A stretch of 32,000 nucleotides of DNA from Vibrio vulnificus CMCP6 (GCF_000039765.1 NC_004459.3:2691127-2723126), one strand, 5' to 3'; positions 17,048 through 27,403 are shown, counted from the stretch's first letter. A program made the numbers and translations. Notes: generated by a model from the letters alone, not told the origin.

Positions 17048-19336
17048 ATGTCTTTTCGAATTAAAACCATCATCGGCATTGCCTGCATTGAAATCATCAT
17101 GTTGATGCTGCTGGTTTTCAGTGCCATGAACTTCATGCGCCAATCAAATCAAGAGCAGTTTATTCAAAAAGCCAATGCCACCTCACAGATGTTTGCTCGT
17201 GCATCCAAAGATGCCCTACTTTCCCTCGATCTCGCCACTTTGGATGATTTGACTCAAGAAATCCTCTCTCTTCCAGACATCCTCTATGTGGATATCCGCA
17301 ACAACGATCAGCAACTGGCGTTTGCAGGTGCTTTGCCAAAAGTGAGTGCCGATTGGCAAGCCGATGACCACGTCAGCTTAGGCGATTTGGTGTTTGATGT
17401 GAGTGAAAAGATCACCGTCGATGGCCTAACCTATGGTGAAATTCGCATGGGTTTTAACACCACGGCGATTCAAACCGCGCTTGATGAAGCGAGCAAAGCC
17501 ATCGTCCTTATCGCCGTATTAGAGATCATTCTTGTTGCTCTCTTTTCCTATTTTTTAGGGAGTTATCTCAGCCAAAATCTCTATCAACTCACTCGCGCGG
17601 CAGAGCGCGTTGCCAATGATGGCCCCGGCTTCCAACTTCAACTCAAGGCGAAAGATGAAATCGGCAAAGTGGCCGCCGCGTTTGACTCCATGTCGCATAA
17701 TCTCGCCACCAGCTACCAAGAGCTTGAGCAAGCCCGGACCCAAGCTGAGCTCGCCAATGAATCGAAAAGCCGCTTTCTGGCCTCCATGTCTCATGAAATT
17801 CGCACGCCGATGAATGGAGTGCTTGGGCTACTCGGCATTTTGGGTGAAACCAAACTGGACAACCATCAGCAAAACCTTGTCCATACGGCGAAAGAATCTG
17901 GCGAGCTGCTGCTTTCCATCATCAACGACATTCTTGATTTCTCTCGCATGGAAGCCAATACACTGATTCTTTACCCTCGCCCGTTTGAGCTAAAAAGCTG
18001 CGTTGAGGAAATCGTCAACAGCTTTGAACCCCTCGCCAAAACCAAAGGGTTGTACTTGTCTCTCACCTTCAACGATGAGTGTGACTACGTGGTGGTGGGT
18101 GACTCAAACCGCTATCGCCAAGTGCTGCTTAACTTGCTCGGCAACGCCGTCAAATTTACCCAAAAAGGAAGCGTGTCCCTTCATGTGACGACACAAAACG
18201 AAGGCGATAAGCTCTATATCCGCTGCGAGATCAACGACACCGGTATCGGTATTGCGCCCGATGCCATGGCCATTTTGTTCGAAGAGTTCACCATGGTCGA
18301 TCAGGGCTATTCACGGACTCGCGAAGGCTCGGGGCTTGGCCTTGCGATTTGTAAACGTCTTGCTCAATTGATGGAAGGTGAAATCAACGTTGAAAGCGAA
18401 GTGGGAAAAGGCTCTTGCTTTGTGTTTAGTGTGGAAATGCCACTGGCAGAACATGACACTGTCACGCAACAGGCTCAGCCTGACAATGATAGCGTCTGCA
18501 CATTGCTTCAAGGCAAACGCATCTTGGTAGCGGAAGACAACACCGCGAATCAGATGGTGATTAAAGCCATGTTTGAGCGCCTTGGCGTGGCGATCGACTT
18601 AGCCAACGATGGTTATGAAGCGGTGAGCATGGCATCAAATCACCACTACGACATTATTTTTATGGATATTTCGATGCCTGGCAAAGATGGCATGCAAGCG
18701 TGCAAAGAGATTCGTCAATTGCCCGATGCCAAACAAGCAGCAACGCCCATTATTGCGCTTACCGCACACGCGCTATATGGCGATAAAGAGAAGTTTCTTC
18801 GCTCTGGCATGAATGGCTACCTCTCTAAGCCGCTACGTAGCCGTCATTTAATTGAGGAGTTGAACAATATTTTAAGCGCATCCAATCACCACGATACTGC
18901 TCATAAGCCCCTTGAAACGGAGAAAACCAATCATATGCAGATCACCTTAACGTCAGAAAAAAACACCACCGCCCCATTGGTGGATGAATTGATCATTCAA
19001 CAAATGATTCGTGACACCAGTGCTGAGGTGATGCCGATGCTCATTGAGCATTACATTGAAGAATCGGAGCGGCGCTTGGTGAAGATTGATCAGGCGATCG
19101 CTCACAGCGATTTTCAACAACTGGAGTTTGAGTTACACACGCTAGGCAGTTCATCACTGGCGCTGGGCAATCGACGCTTATCCAACCTAGCCAGAAAGCT
19201 TGAGCGGCTGTGCGTGGCAAAGGAGTATGACGCTGTGATGGAAGACGCGTCTGGTATTGCTCAGCTAGCACACGATTCGCTGTCTGCACTAAACGAGCGC
19301 AAACAACTTGGGTTTGTAGAGCCAAACTCAATTTAA
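17048..19336 (+). CDS. sypF: SypF, hybrid sensor histidine kinase (HAMP-HisKA-HATPase-REC-HPt)
   Basis: 762 aa; two TMs flanking a periplasmic segment; '[14 protein letters not shown]', '[10 protein letters not shown]', '[14 protein letters not shown]', REC '[11 protein letters not shown]', HPt-like '[14 protein letters not shown]'. Confidence 0.92.
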   Translation: MSFRIKTIIGIACIEIIMLMLLVFSAMNFMRQSNQEQFIQKANATSQMFARASKDALLSLDLATLDDLTQEILSLPDILYVDIRNNDQQLAFAGALPKVSADWQADDHVSLGDLVFDVSEKITVDGLTYGEIRMGFNTTAIQTALDEASKAIVLIAVLEIILVALFSYFLGSYLSQNLYQLTRAAERVANDGPGFQLQLKAKDEIGKVAAAFDSMSHNLATSYQELEQARTQAELANESKSRFLASMSHEIRTPMNGVLGLLGILGETKLDNHQQNLVHTAKESGELLLSIINDILDFSRMEANTLILYPRPFELKSCVEEIVNSFEPLAKTKGLYLSLTFNDECDYVVVGDSNRYRQVLLNLLGNAVKFTQKGSVSLHVTTQNEGDKLYIRCEINDTGIGIAPDAMAILFEEFTMVDQGYSRTREGSGLGLAICKRLAQLMEGEINVESEVGKGSCFVFSVEMPLAEHDTVTQQAQPDNDSVCTLLQGKRILVAEDNTANQMVIKAMFERLGVAIDLANDGYEAVSMASNHHYDIIFMDISMPGKDGMQACKEIRQLPDAKQAATPIIALTAHALYGDKEKFLRSGMNGYLSKPLRSRHLIEELNNILSASNHHDTAHKPLETEKTNHMQITLTSEKNTTAPLVDELIIQQMIRDTSAEVMPMLIEHYIEESERRLVKIDQAIAHSDFQQLEFELHTLGSSSLALGNRRLSNLARKLERLCVAKEYDAVMEDASGIAQLAHDSLSALNERKQLGFVEPNSI

Positions 19337-19492
19337 CGCGTTGAATATTGCTGTCCTAATACGAGATCGCACAACAACGATTTGAAAAAATTTCAATCAA
19401 AAATAGTCGCTTAACCCAGCAAAGCGCCACCCATGTGCTAAAACTATTATTAATATACGAGCAACAGACGGTGACATGGGTAAGGAGAAGAG

Positions 19493-20986
19493 ATGCGAGC
19501 AAAAGTACTGTTAGTCGAGGATTCCACTTCACTTGCCATTTTATATAAGCAATACGTCAAAGATGAGCCCTATGATATTTTTCACGTAGAAACCGGACGT
19601 GACGCGATTCAGTTTATTGAGCGCAATACGCCTCAACTGGTGATTTTGGATCTCAAGTTGCCCGATATGTCCGGGGAAGATGTGCTCGACTGGATCAACC
19701 AAAACGATATTCCGACCGCGGTTATCATCGCCACCGCTCATGGTTCCGTTGACATCGCCGTCAGCTTAATGAACAAAGGGGCGGAAGATTTTCTCGAAAA
19801 GCCAATAAAAGCCGACCGTTTAAAAACATCCATTGCCGTTCATCTAAAACGCGCCAAGTTAGAGCATTTGGTTGAGAACATGCAATCTCGCTTCGACAGG
19901 CCACGTTATCATGGCTTTATCGGCGCGTGCCTGCCAATGCAGGCCGTTTATAAAACCATTGATTCCGTGGCACCAACCACCGCCAGTGTTTTTATCAACG
20001 GAGAGAGTGGCACAGGGAAAGAAGTGTGTGCTGAAGCGATCCACAAACAGAGCCTACGCAAAGAGCAGCCCTTTATCGCAATCAACTGTGGGGCGATTCC
20101 TCGTGACTTAATGGAAAGCGAAATCTTTGGTCACTTAAAAGGGGCGTTTACTGGAGCGACAACCGACCGCAAAGGTGCGGCAATGCTGGCCAACGGCGGC
20201 ACGTTGTTTCTCGATGAATTGTGCGAAATGGAACTGGAGATGCAGAAAAAACTGCTGCGTTTTCTTCAGACTGGTACCTTCACCCCACTCGGCGGCAGTA
20301 AAGAAGTCAAGGTGGATGTTCGCATCATCTGCGCCACCAATCGCGATCCCCTCAAAGAGGTCGAAGAAGGCCGTTTTAGGGAAGATCTCTACTATCGTGT
20401 CCATGTGGTTCCCATTGAAATGCCGCCACTTAGAGAACGAGGTAATGACATTGTTGAGCTGGCCAATCACTTCCTCAAAACTTACGCCAAAGAAGACGGC
20501 AAAAAATTCAACTCAATCAGCAAAGAAGCGCAATCAATACTCAAAAAATACAACTGGCCGGGCAATGTTCGTCAGTTGCAAAACATCATTCGCAACATTG
20601 TCGTTCTCAACGATGACAACCAACTGAATGTGGAACATTTGCCGGCTCAGCTCACCACCAAACCGCAAACCGTCAAAGAACCCGCTAAACTCTCAACCCC
20701 ACCTCAACCTGCTCAAGCGGTCATACACGAGATGCACAACGGACATGAGGCGTTAAACCATCATTCGCTTGAGACGCAAACATCCAAGGCCAATCCACTC
20801 ACCCACAATGCGTTCCACCATTCTGACGGCAGTATCCGTCCAATGTGGCAAATCGAACGCGAAGCGATTCAAAACGCTATCGCCTTTTGCGATGGCAACG
20901 TGATCAGTGCAGCGGTGATGTTGGAACTAAGCCCCTCGACGGTGTATCGCAAAAAACAAGCGTGGGAGGCAGAAGAAAATGCCTGA
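19493..20986 (+). CDS. sypG: SypG, sigma-54-dependent response regulator (REC-AAA+-Fis HTH)
   Basis: 497 aa; REC 'LVILDLKLPDMSGEDVL' (Asp53); 'INGESGTGKEVCAEAIH'; 'GAFTGA'; C-terminal HTH 'NVISAAVMLELSPSTVYRKKQAW'. SD AAGGAG. Confidence 0.95.
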   Translation: MRAKVLLVEDSTSLAILYKQYVKDEPYDIFHVETGRDAIQFIERNTPQLVILDLKLPDMSGEDVLDWINQNDIPTAVIIATAHGSVDIAVSLMNKGAEDFLEKPIKADRLKTSIAVHLKRAKLEHLVENMQSRFDRPRYHGFIGACLPMQAVYKTIDSVAPTTASVFINGESGTGKEVCAEAIHKQSLRKEQPFIAINCGAIPRDLMESEIFGHLKGAFTGATTDRKGAAMLANGGTLFLDELCEMELEMQKKLLRFLQTGTFTPLGGSKEVKVDVRIICATNRDPLKEVEEGRFREDLYYRVHVVPIEMPPLRERGNDIVELANHFLKTYAKEDGKKFNSISKEAQSILKKYNWPGNVRQLQNIIRNIVVLNDDNQLNVEHLPAQLTTKPQTVKEPAKLSTPPQPAQAVIHEMHNGHEALNHHSLETQTSKANPLTHNAFHHSDGSIRPMWQIEREAIQNAIAFCDGNVISAAVMLELSPSTVYRKKQAWEAEENA

Positions 20987-22112
20987 CGACAACAAAGCCA
21001 CACTCGGCAAAAAACGCCCAGCCAAAAGTCATCGCGTCGGGAAAGAGATATGGCTGCTGCTCGACTCTCTCGTTTACGGAGGGATTGAAAGCCATGTGAT
21101 TGAGCTCGCTTCGGCACTCAAGGCTCAGCATTATTCGGTACGTGTTTTATTAACCAACAAATATGTCCGTCGCCCACCGATTATGCAGCAGCTCAGACAG
21201 CGAGGGATCCGCGTTAACTACATCTCTCAGTTATCCGGTAATCACCCCATGCCCATTATGCAGTTAGCCGTTGCGCTAAAGCGCTATCGACCCATCGCCG
21301 TACATACCCATGGCTACAAAGCCAATATCTACGCGCGCTTAGCACGAATGATGAGCTTTCCGCATCTGCGTTTAGTCAGCACCTATCATGCAGGAGAAAG
21401 TAAAACGGGTAAGCTGTGGTTGTACGATTGGGTCGATCGCCTGACCAGCTTCATTAGCGATCATCGCTTTGCCGTCAGCGATGCTATTCTTCACTCTTTG
21501 CCTTTTGCTGGAGAGCGAATCAACAATTTTGTCCCGGTATCAGAGCTGGCAAAATCGCATCAGAATTGTTCGCAACACATCGGCTTCGTTGGCCGTTTGA
21601 GTTACGAAAAAGCCGCCGATCGTTTTGTCGAATTGGCGGAGCACTTTCCTTCCCTGATCTTCCATCTGTACGGTGACGGACCAGAACGCGAGCCGTTGGA
21701 GACGTTAGCGAACGACAACGTCGAGTTTTCTGGGTTTGTCAGCGACATGACGAAGGTTTGGCCTAAGATTTCCGTGTTGATCATCCCTTCTCGCTTTGAA
21801 GGCCTACCCATGGCAGCGTTAGAAGCCATGGCAAACGGCGTCGCTGTCATTGCGATGAATGTCGGCCAATTAGGCCAACTTATCGAACATGGTCAAAACG
21901 GTTTTATTGCACAAACAGAAGCAGATTTGGTGGCGCATTTGCAGAGTTGGTTGGAGATGCCGTCCGCGGAACAGCAACGCCTACTGTTTCAGGCGCGCGA
22001 GACCATAATGCAACACTATTCGCCTCAAGCTGTTTTGCCGCAAATTCTCTCGTCCTATCATATCGACAACGCTTTTCCCAATTTGAGAATCAAATTGACG
22101 CCTCACCATTAG
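20979..22112 (+). CDS. sypH: SypH, GT4-family glycosyltransferase
   Basis: 377 aa; 'LLDSLVYGGIESHVIELASAL', 'IGFVGRLSYEKAADRFVELAE', 'LIIPSRFEGLPMAALEAMANGVAVIA'. Overlaps the sypG 3' end. Confidence 0.85.
   Translation: MPDDNKATLGKKRPAKSHRVGKEIWLLLDSLVYGGIESHVIELASALKAQHYSVRVLLTNKYVRRPPIMQQLRQRGIRVNYISQLSGNHPMPIMQLAVALKRYRPIAVHTHGYKANIYARLARMMSFPHLRLVSTYHAGESKTGKLWLYDWVDRLTSFISDHRFAVSDAILHSLPFAGERINNFVPVSELAKSHQNCSQHIGFVGRLSYEKAADRFVELAEHFPSLIFHLYGDGPEREPLETLANDNVEFSGFVSDMTKVWPKISVLIIPSRFEGLPMAALEAMANGVAVIAMNVGQLGQLIEHGQNGFIAQTEADLVAHLQSWLEMPSAEQQRLLFQARETIMQHYSPQAVLPQILSSYHIDNAFPNLRIKLTPHH
22075..22089. promoter_or_regulatory. SypG-type enhancer site inside the sypH 3' coding end (for sypI)
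   Basis: TTCCCA-ATT-TGAGAA, one mismatch to TTCTCA-N3-TGAGAA; 71 bp upstream of the sigma-54 promoter. Confidence 0.65.
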
Positions 22113-22119
22113 CCAACAA

Positions 22120-22158
22120 GAAATGCTCGATTTTTCAGTGAGATAAATCGAGTATTTC
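22120..22158. repeat. 14-bp inverted repeat in the sypH-sypI regulatory gap
   Basis: GAAATGCTCGATTT (22120-22133), 11-nt loop, AAATCGAGTATTTC (22145-22158); complementary with one G-T wobble. Confidence 0.8.
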
Positions 22159-22160
22159 TT

Positions 22161-22176
22161 TGGCACTGCCATTGCA
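22161..22176 (+). promoter_or_regulatory. Sigma-54 promoter of sypI
   Basis: TGGCACTGCCATTGCA, exact match to TGGCAC-N5-TTGCA. Confidence 0.88.
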
Positions 22177-22219
22177 CTCCCTAGCTAACATGAGAATAAA
22201 TCGTGGATAGGGAATCACA

Positions 22220-23413
22220 ATGACAACAAGAACACCCATTTTATTTGTCCACTATGGGGATAACTGGATCCGAGGCAGCGAGACAACACTCATCCATCTA
22301 CTGGCAACGTTAGACACCCAACAGTTTGAGCCTATCGTATGGTCAAATTGTCAGCCTCTGCTCGATCATTTCGCTCAATGTGGTATCACCACCTATCAAG
22401 ACCCATTTTCGGTATTGGGTGTCATAGGGGCAAACAAGTTTAACCCCCTCAACACGATGAAATTGGTCGCCCGGGCGATCACCTTAATACAACGCCACCA
22501 TGTTTCGCTTATCCACGTCAACAGTGGCGCGCCTTGCCAATGGATGAGTATTGCTGCACGACTTTGTCACTGCCCACAGCTGCTTCAACTCCATGGCGAC
22601 TACCCACTCCGCGAGCGCTTTTTAATGGGCTTTCATCTCGCCGATAAAATTGTTTGCGTAAGTAACGCCATTAGCCAAGCAATGCAAAGTGAAGGGCTCA
22701 CACTGCCTCAATTGAGTGTGGTGCACAACGGCGTGGGTTTGCCTTCCTCATCACTTGACACTTCCCTCAAAACTCAACTTTCGATTCCACGCCAAGCCTT
22801 TACCTTCATCACGATTGGCTCCTTGATCGCGAGAAAAGGCGTGGATCGTTTGCTCAAGGCGCTCTATCTGCTGAAAAAAAATGGCGAGAAAGCCCATTTA
22901 GTGATCATTGGCGATGGCCCTGAACGTATAACCCTTAAGCACTTGAGCGAGACATTGGGACTAAGCGAGCAAGTGCACTGGTTAGGCGAAAAAGCCAACG
23001 CCGCCATGTGGCTGAAATCCGATGCGGATGCTTTTGTTAGCGGCGCTTACCAAGAGGCGTTTGGATTGGTGATTGCAGAAGCCATGATGGCGGAGTTGCC
23101 TGTGATTGCCCCACGCACTGGAGGCATTCCCGAATTCGTTTCTCATAACCGAAATGGGCTGCTGTATCACAACAGCGGCGTATTTTCACTGGTGCAAGCC
23201 ATGCAAACGCTGATGCTGAATCCGGCGCTGAGTCACAAGCTCAAACAAACTGCCTACGTGGATGCGCATGAAAACCTGACGATTCACTGCAACACCCAAA
23301 CGTTGCAAGCGCATTATCTCGCCTTGATGAAGCGCGACCAACCCGCCCCTCAATGGCGTGCGATGCTGCGTCCCCTTCTTTACTTCTTTCGTCGTAAGGA
23401 GCTGCTGTCATGA
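22220..23413 (+). CDS. sypI: SypI, GT4-family glycosyltransferase
   Basis: 397 aa; 'TIGSLIARKGVDRLLKALYLLKKNG', 'YQEAFGLVIAEAMMAELPVIAPRTGGIPEFV'. Confidence 0.85.
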   Translation: MTTRTPILFVHYGDNWIRGSETTLIHLLATLDTQQFEPIVWSNCQPLLDHFAQCGITTYQDPFSVLGVIGANKFNPLNTMKLVARAITLIQRHHVSLIHVNSGAPCQWMSIAARLCHCPQLLQLHGDYPLRERFLMGFHLADKIVCVSNAISQAMQSEGLTLPQLSVVHNGVGLPSSSLDTSLKTQLSIPRQAFTFITIGSLIARKGVDRLLKALYLLKKNGEKAHLVIIGDGPERITLKHLSETLGLSEQVHWLGEKANAAMWLKSDADAFVSGAYQEAFGLVIAEAMMAELPVIAPRTGGIPEFVSHNRNGLLYHNSGVFSLVQAMQTLMLNPALSHKLKQTAYVDAHENLTIHCNTQTLQAHYLALMKRDQPAPQWRAMLRPLLYFFRRKELLS

Positions 23414-24588
23414 AACAGAACGTGTTAATTTTTGATCCCATAAGCTATCTAGGCGGGTCTAAAATCGCCACACAAGAGATGCTGCACGTCGCCAAACAGC
23501 GCTCAATCCATTTCTATATCGTCACCGCTAATCGCGATAACTGGCAAAGCGCATTGGCTCATGGCAATTGTTCAGTCTATTCATACCCGACGATAGCCAT
23601 GTTGCTCGCGGAACAAGGGTTAAAGTACTGGCTGCTGCAAACCTATCATTGGCTGGTTTTGCTGGTGATCACTTTGCGTTTGCCTAAGATCCATCGGCTC
23701 ATGGGCATTTCTGGCCCAGGGCTTGATATGCCACTTTATCTTTTCAAACTCATGTTCAAAACACCGATTACTCAAGTGATTCATGGCAAAGTGGCGCGGT
23801 CGCGTTCAATTGGCTATTGCCTCTCGGTAGCGGAAAAGGTGTTTTATCTGCCTTGTGCGAAAAAAAGCCTCTTCGGGGCGCTGTGTCGCTACTACGAAAA
23901 AACAGCCCCCTCAATGGCCAACACAGACCGAGCTAGAATGGTGTTTGAGCGCAACAACTTTGTCCCTTTTACCAATGGATTAAGTGCAGAGCAGTGGCCA
24001 ACAGAGTGCGATGCACAATCGGATCAACTCTTTTGGGCGGCGTCATTACTCAAATGGAAGGGGCTTGATTTGCTGGTTGAGGCATTAAAAATTCATCCTC
24101 AAGACATCGACTGCCACGTTTGCTATATCCAACCTCAGCAGACTCAACTGGCGGTAAGTGAACCGGATCTCACCCTCACGCGCTGCCATTGGTATCAACA
24201 GCCAAGCCATCTTGATCATATCCGCTCACAGTGCTCAATCTTTATTTCCACCAGCCAAAATGAGCCTTTTGGCTTATCCATTCTCGAAGCACTGGCTGCG
24301 GGTCTGTGTGTGATCATCCCCGACGATGGTGCTTTCTGGGCTGAAAAACTGACAGATGGCGAACACTGCATTAAATACCAACCCAATAGTGCAAAAGATT
24401 TGCGGCAGAAAATTGAGCTGCTGCTCGCCTCACCCTGTAACCGTCAACGTTTATCACGCAATGGCAGAACCTTAGCCAAGCTCTATCGTTCCGATCTTTG
24501 TTACCAGCCAATCATCGATTCATTAGGGGGAAAACTCACACGCAATGTCATCCCACTTAGCCGTACTCGACAAAAAGGTGCGCTATGA
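23410..24588 (+). CDS. sypJ: SypJ, glycosyltransferase
   Basis: 392 aa; ATGA overlap with sypI; 'WAASLLKWKGLDLLVEALK', 'ISTSQNEPFGLSILEALAAGLCVIIPDDG'. Confidence 0.82.
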   Translation: MKQNVLIFDPISYLGGSKIATQEMLHVAKQRSIHFYIVTANRDNWQSALAHGNCSVYSYPTIAMLLAEQGLKYWLLQTYHWLVLLVITLRLPKIHRLMGISGPGLDMPLYLFKLMFKTPITQVIHGKVARSRSIGYCLSVAEKVFYLPCAKKSLFGALCRYYEKTAPSMANTDRARMVFERNNFVPFTNGLSAEQWPTECDAQSDQLFWAASLLKWKGLDLLVEALKIHPQDIDCHVCYIQPQQTQLAVSEPDLTLTRCHWYQQPSHLDHIRSQCSIFISTSQNEPFGLSILEALAAGLCVIIPDDGAFWAEKLTDGEHCIKYQPNSAKDLRQKIELLLASPCNRQRLSRNGRTLAKLYRSDLCYQPIIDSLGGKLTRNVIPLSRTRQKGAL

Positions 24589-26045
24589 GATTACAACAAC
24601 TGCGCCACTCCCGTTCACTGCAAAATATGTCACTGTTTGGCGTGGCTCTGATTTTACAAAAAGGCGCGGCACTGTTGATGCTGCCCATTATGGCGCACTA
24701 TCTTTCCACCACTCAGTTGGGCACGTTGGAGTTATTGGCGTCCATTGGCACCTTTTCCGCGCTGATGGTTTCGCTCTCCTTGCATGAAGTGCTTTACCGT
24801 TTCGCAGCCCCCTGTGAATCGATGAATGAGAAAAAGCAGGTGGTGAATCAGGTCTACTCGCTCGCAGCGATCATCGCGCTGACGTTTTTCTTACTCGCTT
24901 TCGCCATCGTCCAAAACATCGCGTGGAATGGAGAACTCAACAGCATCACACTGTCACTTCTGTTCGCCTGCATCAGCCTTGAATGTTTGATTGCCATCGG
25001 CACCGCTTGGTTAAGAATTCAAGATGACAAAGCCAAAGCGCTGGTCACGATAACGCTGAGTGCGCTCGTTCTCCAGCTCTCTTGTGTATTGCTGGTGCTG
25101 CACTATCGGCCGAGTGTCACTGGACTATTGCTTTGCAGCTTACTCAGCGCACTTTATCAATGCGTAGCGCTGCACTGGCTAAATCGCTATCGGATCGCTT
25201 CCATCTCATCGGCGCAGCTTAAGCGCTGGTTGCACTACGCCGCACCGCTGATGCTCTCCGCATTGCTGGCTTTTACGTTAAATGGGGCAGAAAGATGGTT
25301 TATTGGTGGGTTTTCTTCTCTTGCTCAATTGGGTATTTACGCGATTGCCGCGAAATTTTCGCTCGCCTTGTGTATTTTGGTGCAGCCTTTTGGCATGTGG
25401 TGGATGCCAAAACGTTTCGAATGCCTTGCCCACTCAGGCGAGACGAAAGCCGTCAAGATCAGTCAATGTGGGCTGGTGTATATCTCACTGCTTGCGGTCG
25501 CGGTATTTGCAATTGCAAAAGTGTTTGTTCTCTACGCCTTACCCAGCAGCTTTGCTTCTGCGATCACCTTTTTAGCATTGCTCATCCCAGCGGCGATGTT
25601 CAAAGAAAGTTATGAGCTAGTGAATCTCGGCCTACTCTATCGTCATCAAACTCGGCAGTTGCTGATACTGAATCTGGTCTGTGCGCTGTTGGCCGTGAGT
25701 TTGTTTTGGGGGCTGTCATCCTTTGGCGTGGTCGGTGTCTGCTTTGCCCTTGCGATCACGCAAGGTGTGCGAGCTATTGGCGTGATGGTGTTAAGCCAAC
25801 GAGCCTTTGCTCTTCCATGGCAGTTTTTCCGTCTGGCGATGATTTTTCTCTGCGCGTTAATTGGCGTTGGCGCACTCTATTTCGCAAGCGACTGGCTAAC
25901 GGGGGCTGTTTCAATCTTACTCTGCTTGGGCGTGATCATCGTGTTGGCATGGCCGATTCTGCACTTTCAATCCACCCCACGAGAATCCACCCAACAAGGC
26001 TTGCAGGCAGCACCGTCATTGAACGCCCATGAGGAGGCGTTATGA
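24585..26045 (+). CDS. sypK: SypK, Wzx-like polysaccharide flippase (oligosaccharide translocase)
   Basis: 486 aa, about 12-14 TMs; 'VALILQKGAALLMLPIMAHYLSTTQLGTLELLASI...'; ATGA overlap. Confidence 0.85.
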   Translation: MRLQQLRHSRSLQNMSLFGVALILQKGAALLMLPIMAHYLSTTQLGTLELLASIGTFSALMVSLSLHEVLYRFAAPCESMNEKKQVVNQVYSLAAIIALTFFLLAFAIVQNIAWNGELNSITLSLLFACISLECLIAIGTAWLRIQDDKAKALVTITLSALVLQLSCVLLVLHYRPSVTGLLLCSLLSALYQCVALHWLNRYRIASISSAQLKRWLHYAAPLMLSALLAFTLNGAERWFIGGFSSLAQLGIYAIAAKFSLALCILVQPFGMWWMPKRFECLAHSGETKAVKISQCGLVYISLLAVAVFAIAKVFVLYALPSSFASAITFLALLIPAAMFKESYELVNLGLLYRHQTRQLLILNLVCALLAVSLFWGLSSFGVVGVCFALAITQGVRAIGVMVLSQRAFALPWQFFRLAMIFLCALIGVGALYFASDWLTGAVSILLCLGVIIVLAWPILHFQSTPRESTQQGLQAAPSLNAHEEAL

Positions 26046-27403
26046 CCGTCACCCCTCGCTACCCACATCTGGCGTTTGTGCTGACACTTTGTATGGTGGT
26101 GGCGCTGGTATGGGCTTGGCAACCCAACCCACTTGTGGTGGTAGCGCTTTGCTTACTCCCTATCGCAACGCTTTATGTGCTCAATCAAACCTTTTGGTTG
26201 GTACTGTTGTTTGTGGTGTTCTCTTTTTTTCGTATCCATGAAGCCATTCCACAGCTCTATTCTCTGAAAATTCCCTTATTGCTTTCATTTGGCGCTTTGG
26301 CGGCATTGGGCTGGCATCTTATCATTACACGACAGTTGAAGCCCTACTGGCACCCTGTGATGAACTGGTTAGTCGCCTTTTGGCTTGTGGTTGTCATTGG
26401 TCTTTTCTTTGCAGGCAATCGAGGAGTGGCATTTGGCGCTTTTTCCAGTGTCTACTGGAAAATCATGGTGATGACCTTAGCCATCATGTGGCTCGTCACC
26501 AGCGCTAAACATCTCAACATTATTTCGATTACCATCACGCTCTCTGGCTTACTGATTGGTTGCGTGGCACTGAGTAACGCCATGCAAGGGATTGGCCTAG
26601 TGGAAGGCTCACGAGTGACCATCGGGCGCGATCTGGGTTCTATGCTTGGTGATCCAAACGACCTGGCGTTAGTGCTGATGTTTCCATTTGCGTTTAGCGT
26701 TAGCTTAAGTTTTCATCGCAGAACCCACGTGGCGGTGCGCCTTCTCGCGGGCGTGACGTGTGCGATCCTTTTCCTGGCACTACTGGAAACACAAAGCCGT
26801 GGTGGGTTGCTCGGTGCCATGGCGGTTCTGGGTTACTTCGCCAACAAAACCATTCGCAATAAAACGGTGCTGATCCTCCTTGGGTGTGTGGCCAGTTTGC
26901 TTCTCTATGCGGTGGCGGGGATATCCGATCGCGCTTCTGGCGGCTCAGCCGAAGAAGGCATTGATGCTTCAGCCATGGGGCGACTCTACGCTTGGGAGGC
27001 CGCTTTCAAAATGGCATTGGCCCATCCTTTACTTGGCGTCGGGTTACAAAACTTTTACTACAACTATTTCTTCTACAGCCCGCACTGGGATGGGCTCAAT
27101 CACGCCGTACACAGCACTTGGTTTGGCGTACTTGCCGAAACAGGGTTTGTTGGCCTAACTCTGTTTCTTGGTCTCATTGTTTGCTTAATCAAAACCTCTT
27201 TGCACTCTATTCGGCAAATTCACTGCCAAAAACCGACCGCCATTGATATTGCCGCCAACGCGGTCTTTGCCGGGCTTTTGGGAACGATCGTCTCCGGTAC
27301 TTTTCTCACCCAAGGGTTTACTTGGCCAATTTATATTCTTACCGCCCTCACTATCGCCATCAGCCACATCATTAAAATTGATTCTCAAAATGAGAATGCC
27401 TAA
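26042..27403 (+). CDS. sypL: SypL, O-antigen ligase/Wzy-like polymerase
   Basis: 453 aa, polytopic; 'ETQSRGGLLGAMAVLGYFA', 'HPLLGVGLQNFYYNY...HAVHSTWFGVLAETGFVGLTLFL'. Confidence 0.87.
   Translation: MTVTPRYPHLAFVLTLCMVVALVWAWQPNPLVVVALCLLPIATLYVLNQTFWLVLLFVVFSFFRIHEAIPQLYSLKIPLLLSFGALAALGWHLIITRQLKPYWHPVMNWLVAFWLVVVIGLFFAGNRGVAFGAFSSVYWKIMVMTLAIMWLVTSAKHLNIISITITLSGLLIGCVALSNAMQGIGLVEGSRVTIGRDLGSMLGDPNDLALVLMFPFAFSVSLSFHRRTHVAVRLLAGVTCAILFLALLETQSRGGLLGAMAVLGYFANKTIRNKTVLILLGCVASLLLYAVAGISDRASGGSAEEGIDASAMGRLYAWEAAFKMALAHPLLGVGLQNFYYNYFFYSPHWDGLNHAVHSTWFGVLAETGFVGLTLFLGLIVCLIKTSLHSIRQIHCQKPTAIDIAANAVFAGLLGTIVSGTFLTQGFTWPIYILTALTIAISHIIKIDSQNENA
27382..27396. promoter_or_regulatory. SypG-type enhancer site inside the last codons of sypL (for sypM)
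   Basis: TTCTCA-AAA-TGAGAA perfect arms; encodes '..DSQNENA*' of SypL. Confidence 0.78.

Noticed and set aside
20605-20619. TTCTCA-ACG-ATGACA inside sypG as an extra enhancer
   Set aside because: Single half-site in coding DNA. The downstream gene sypH overlaps sypG and I noticed no sigma-54 box.
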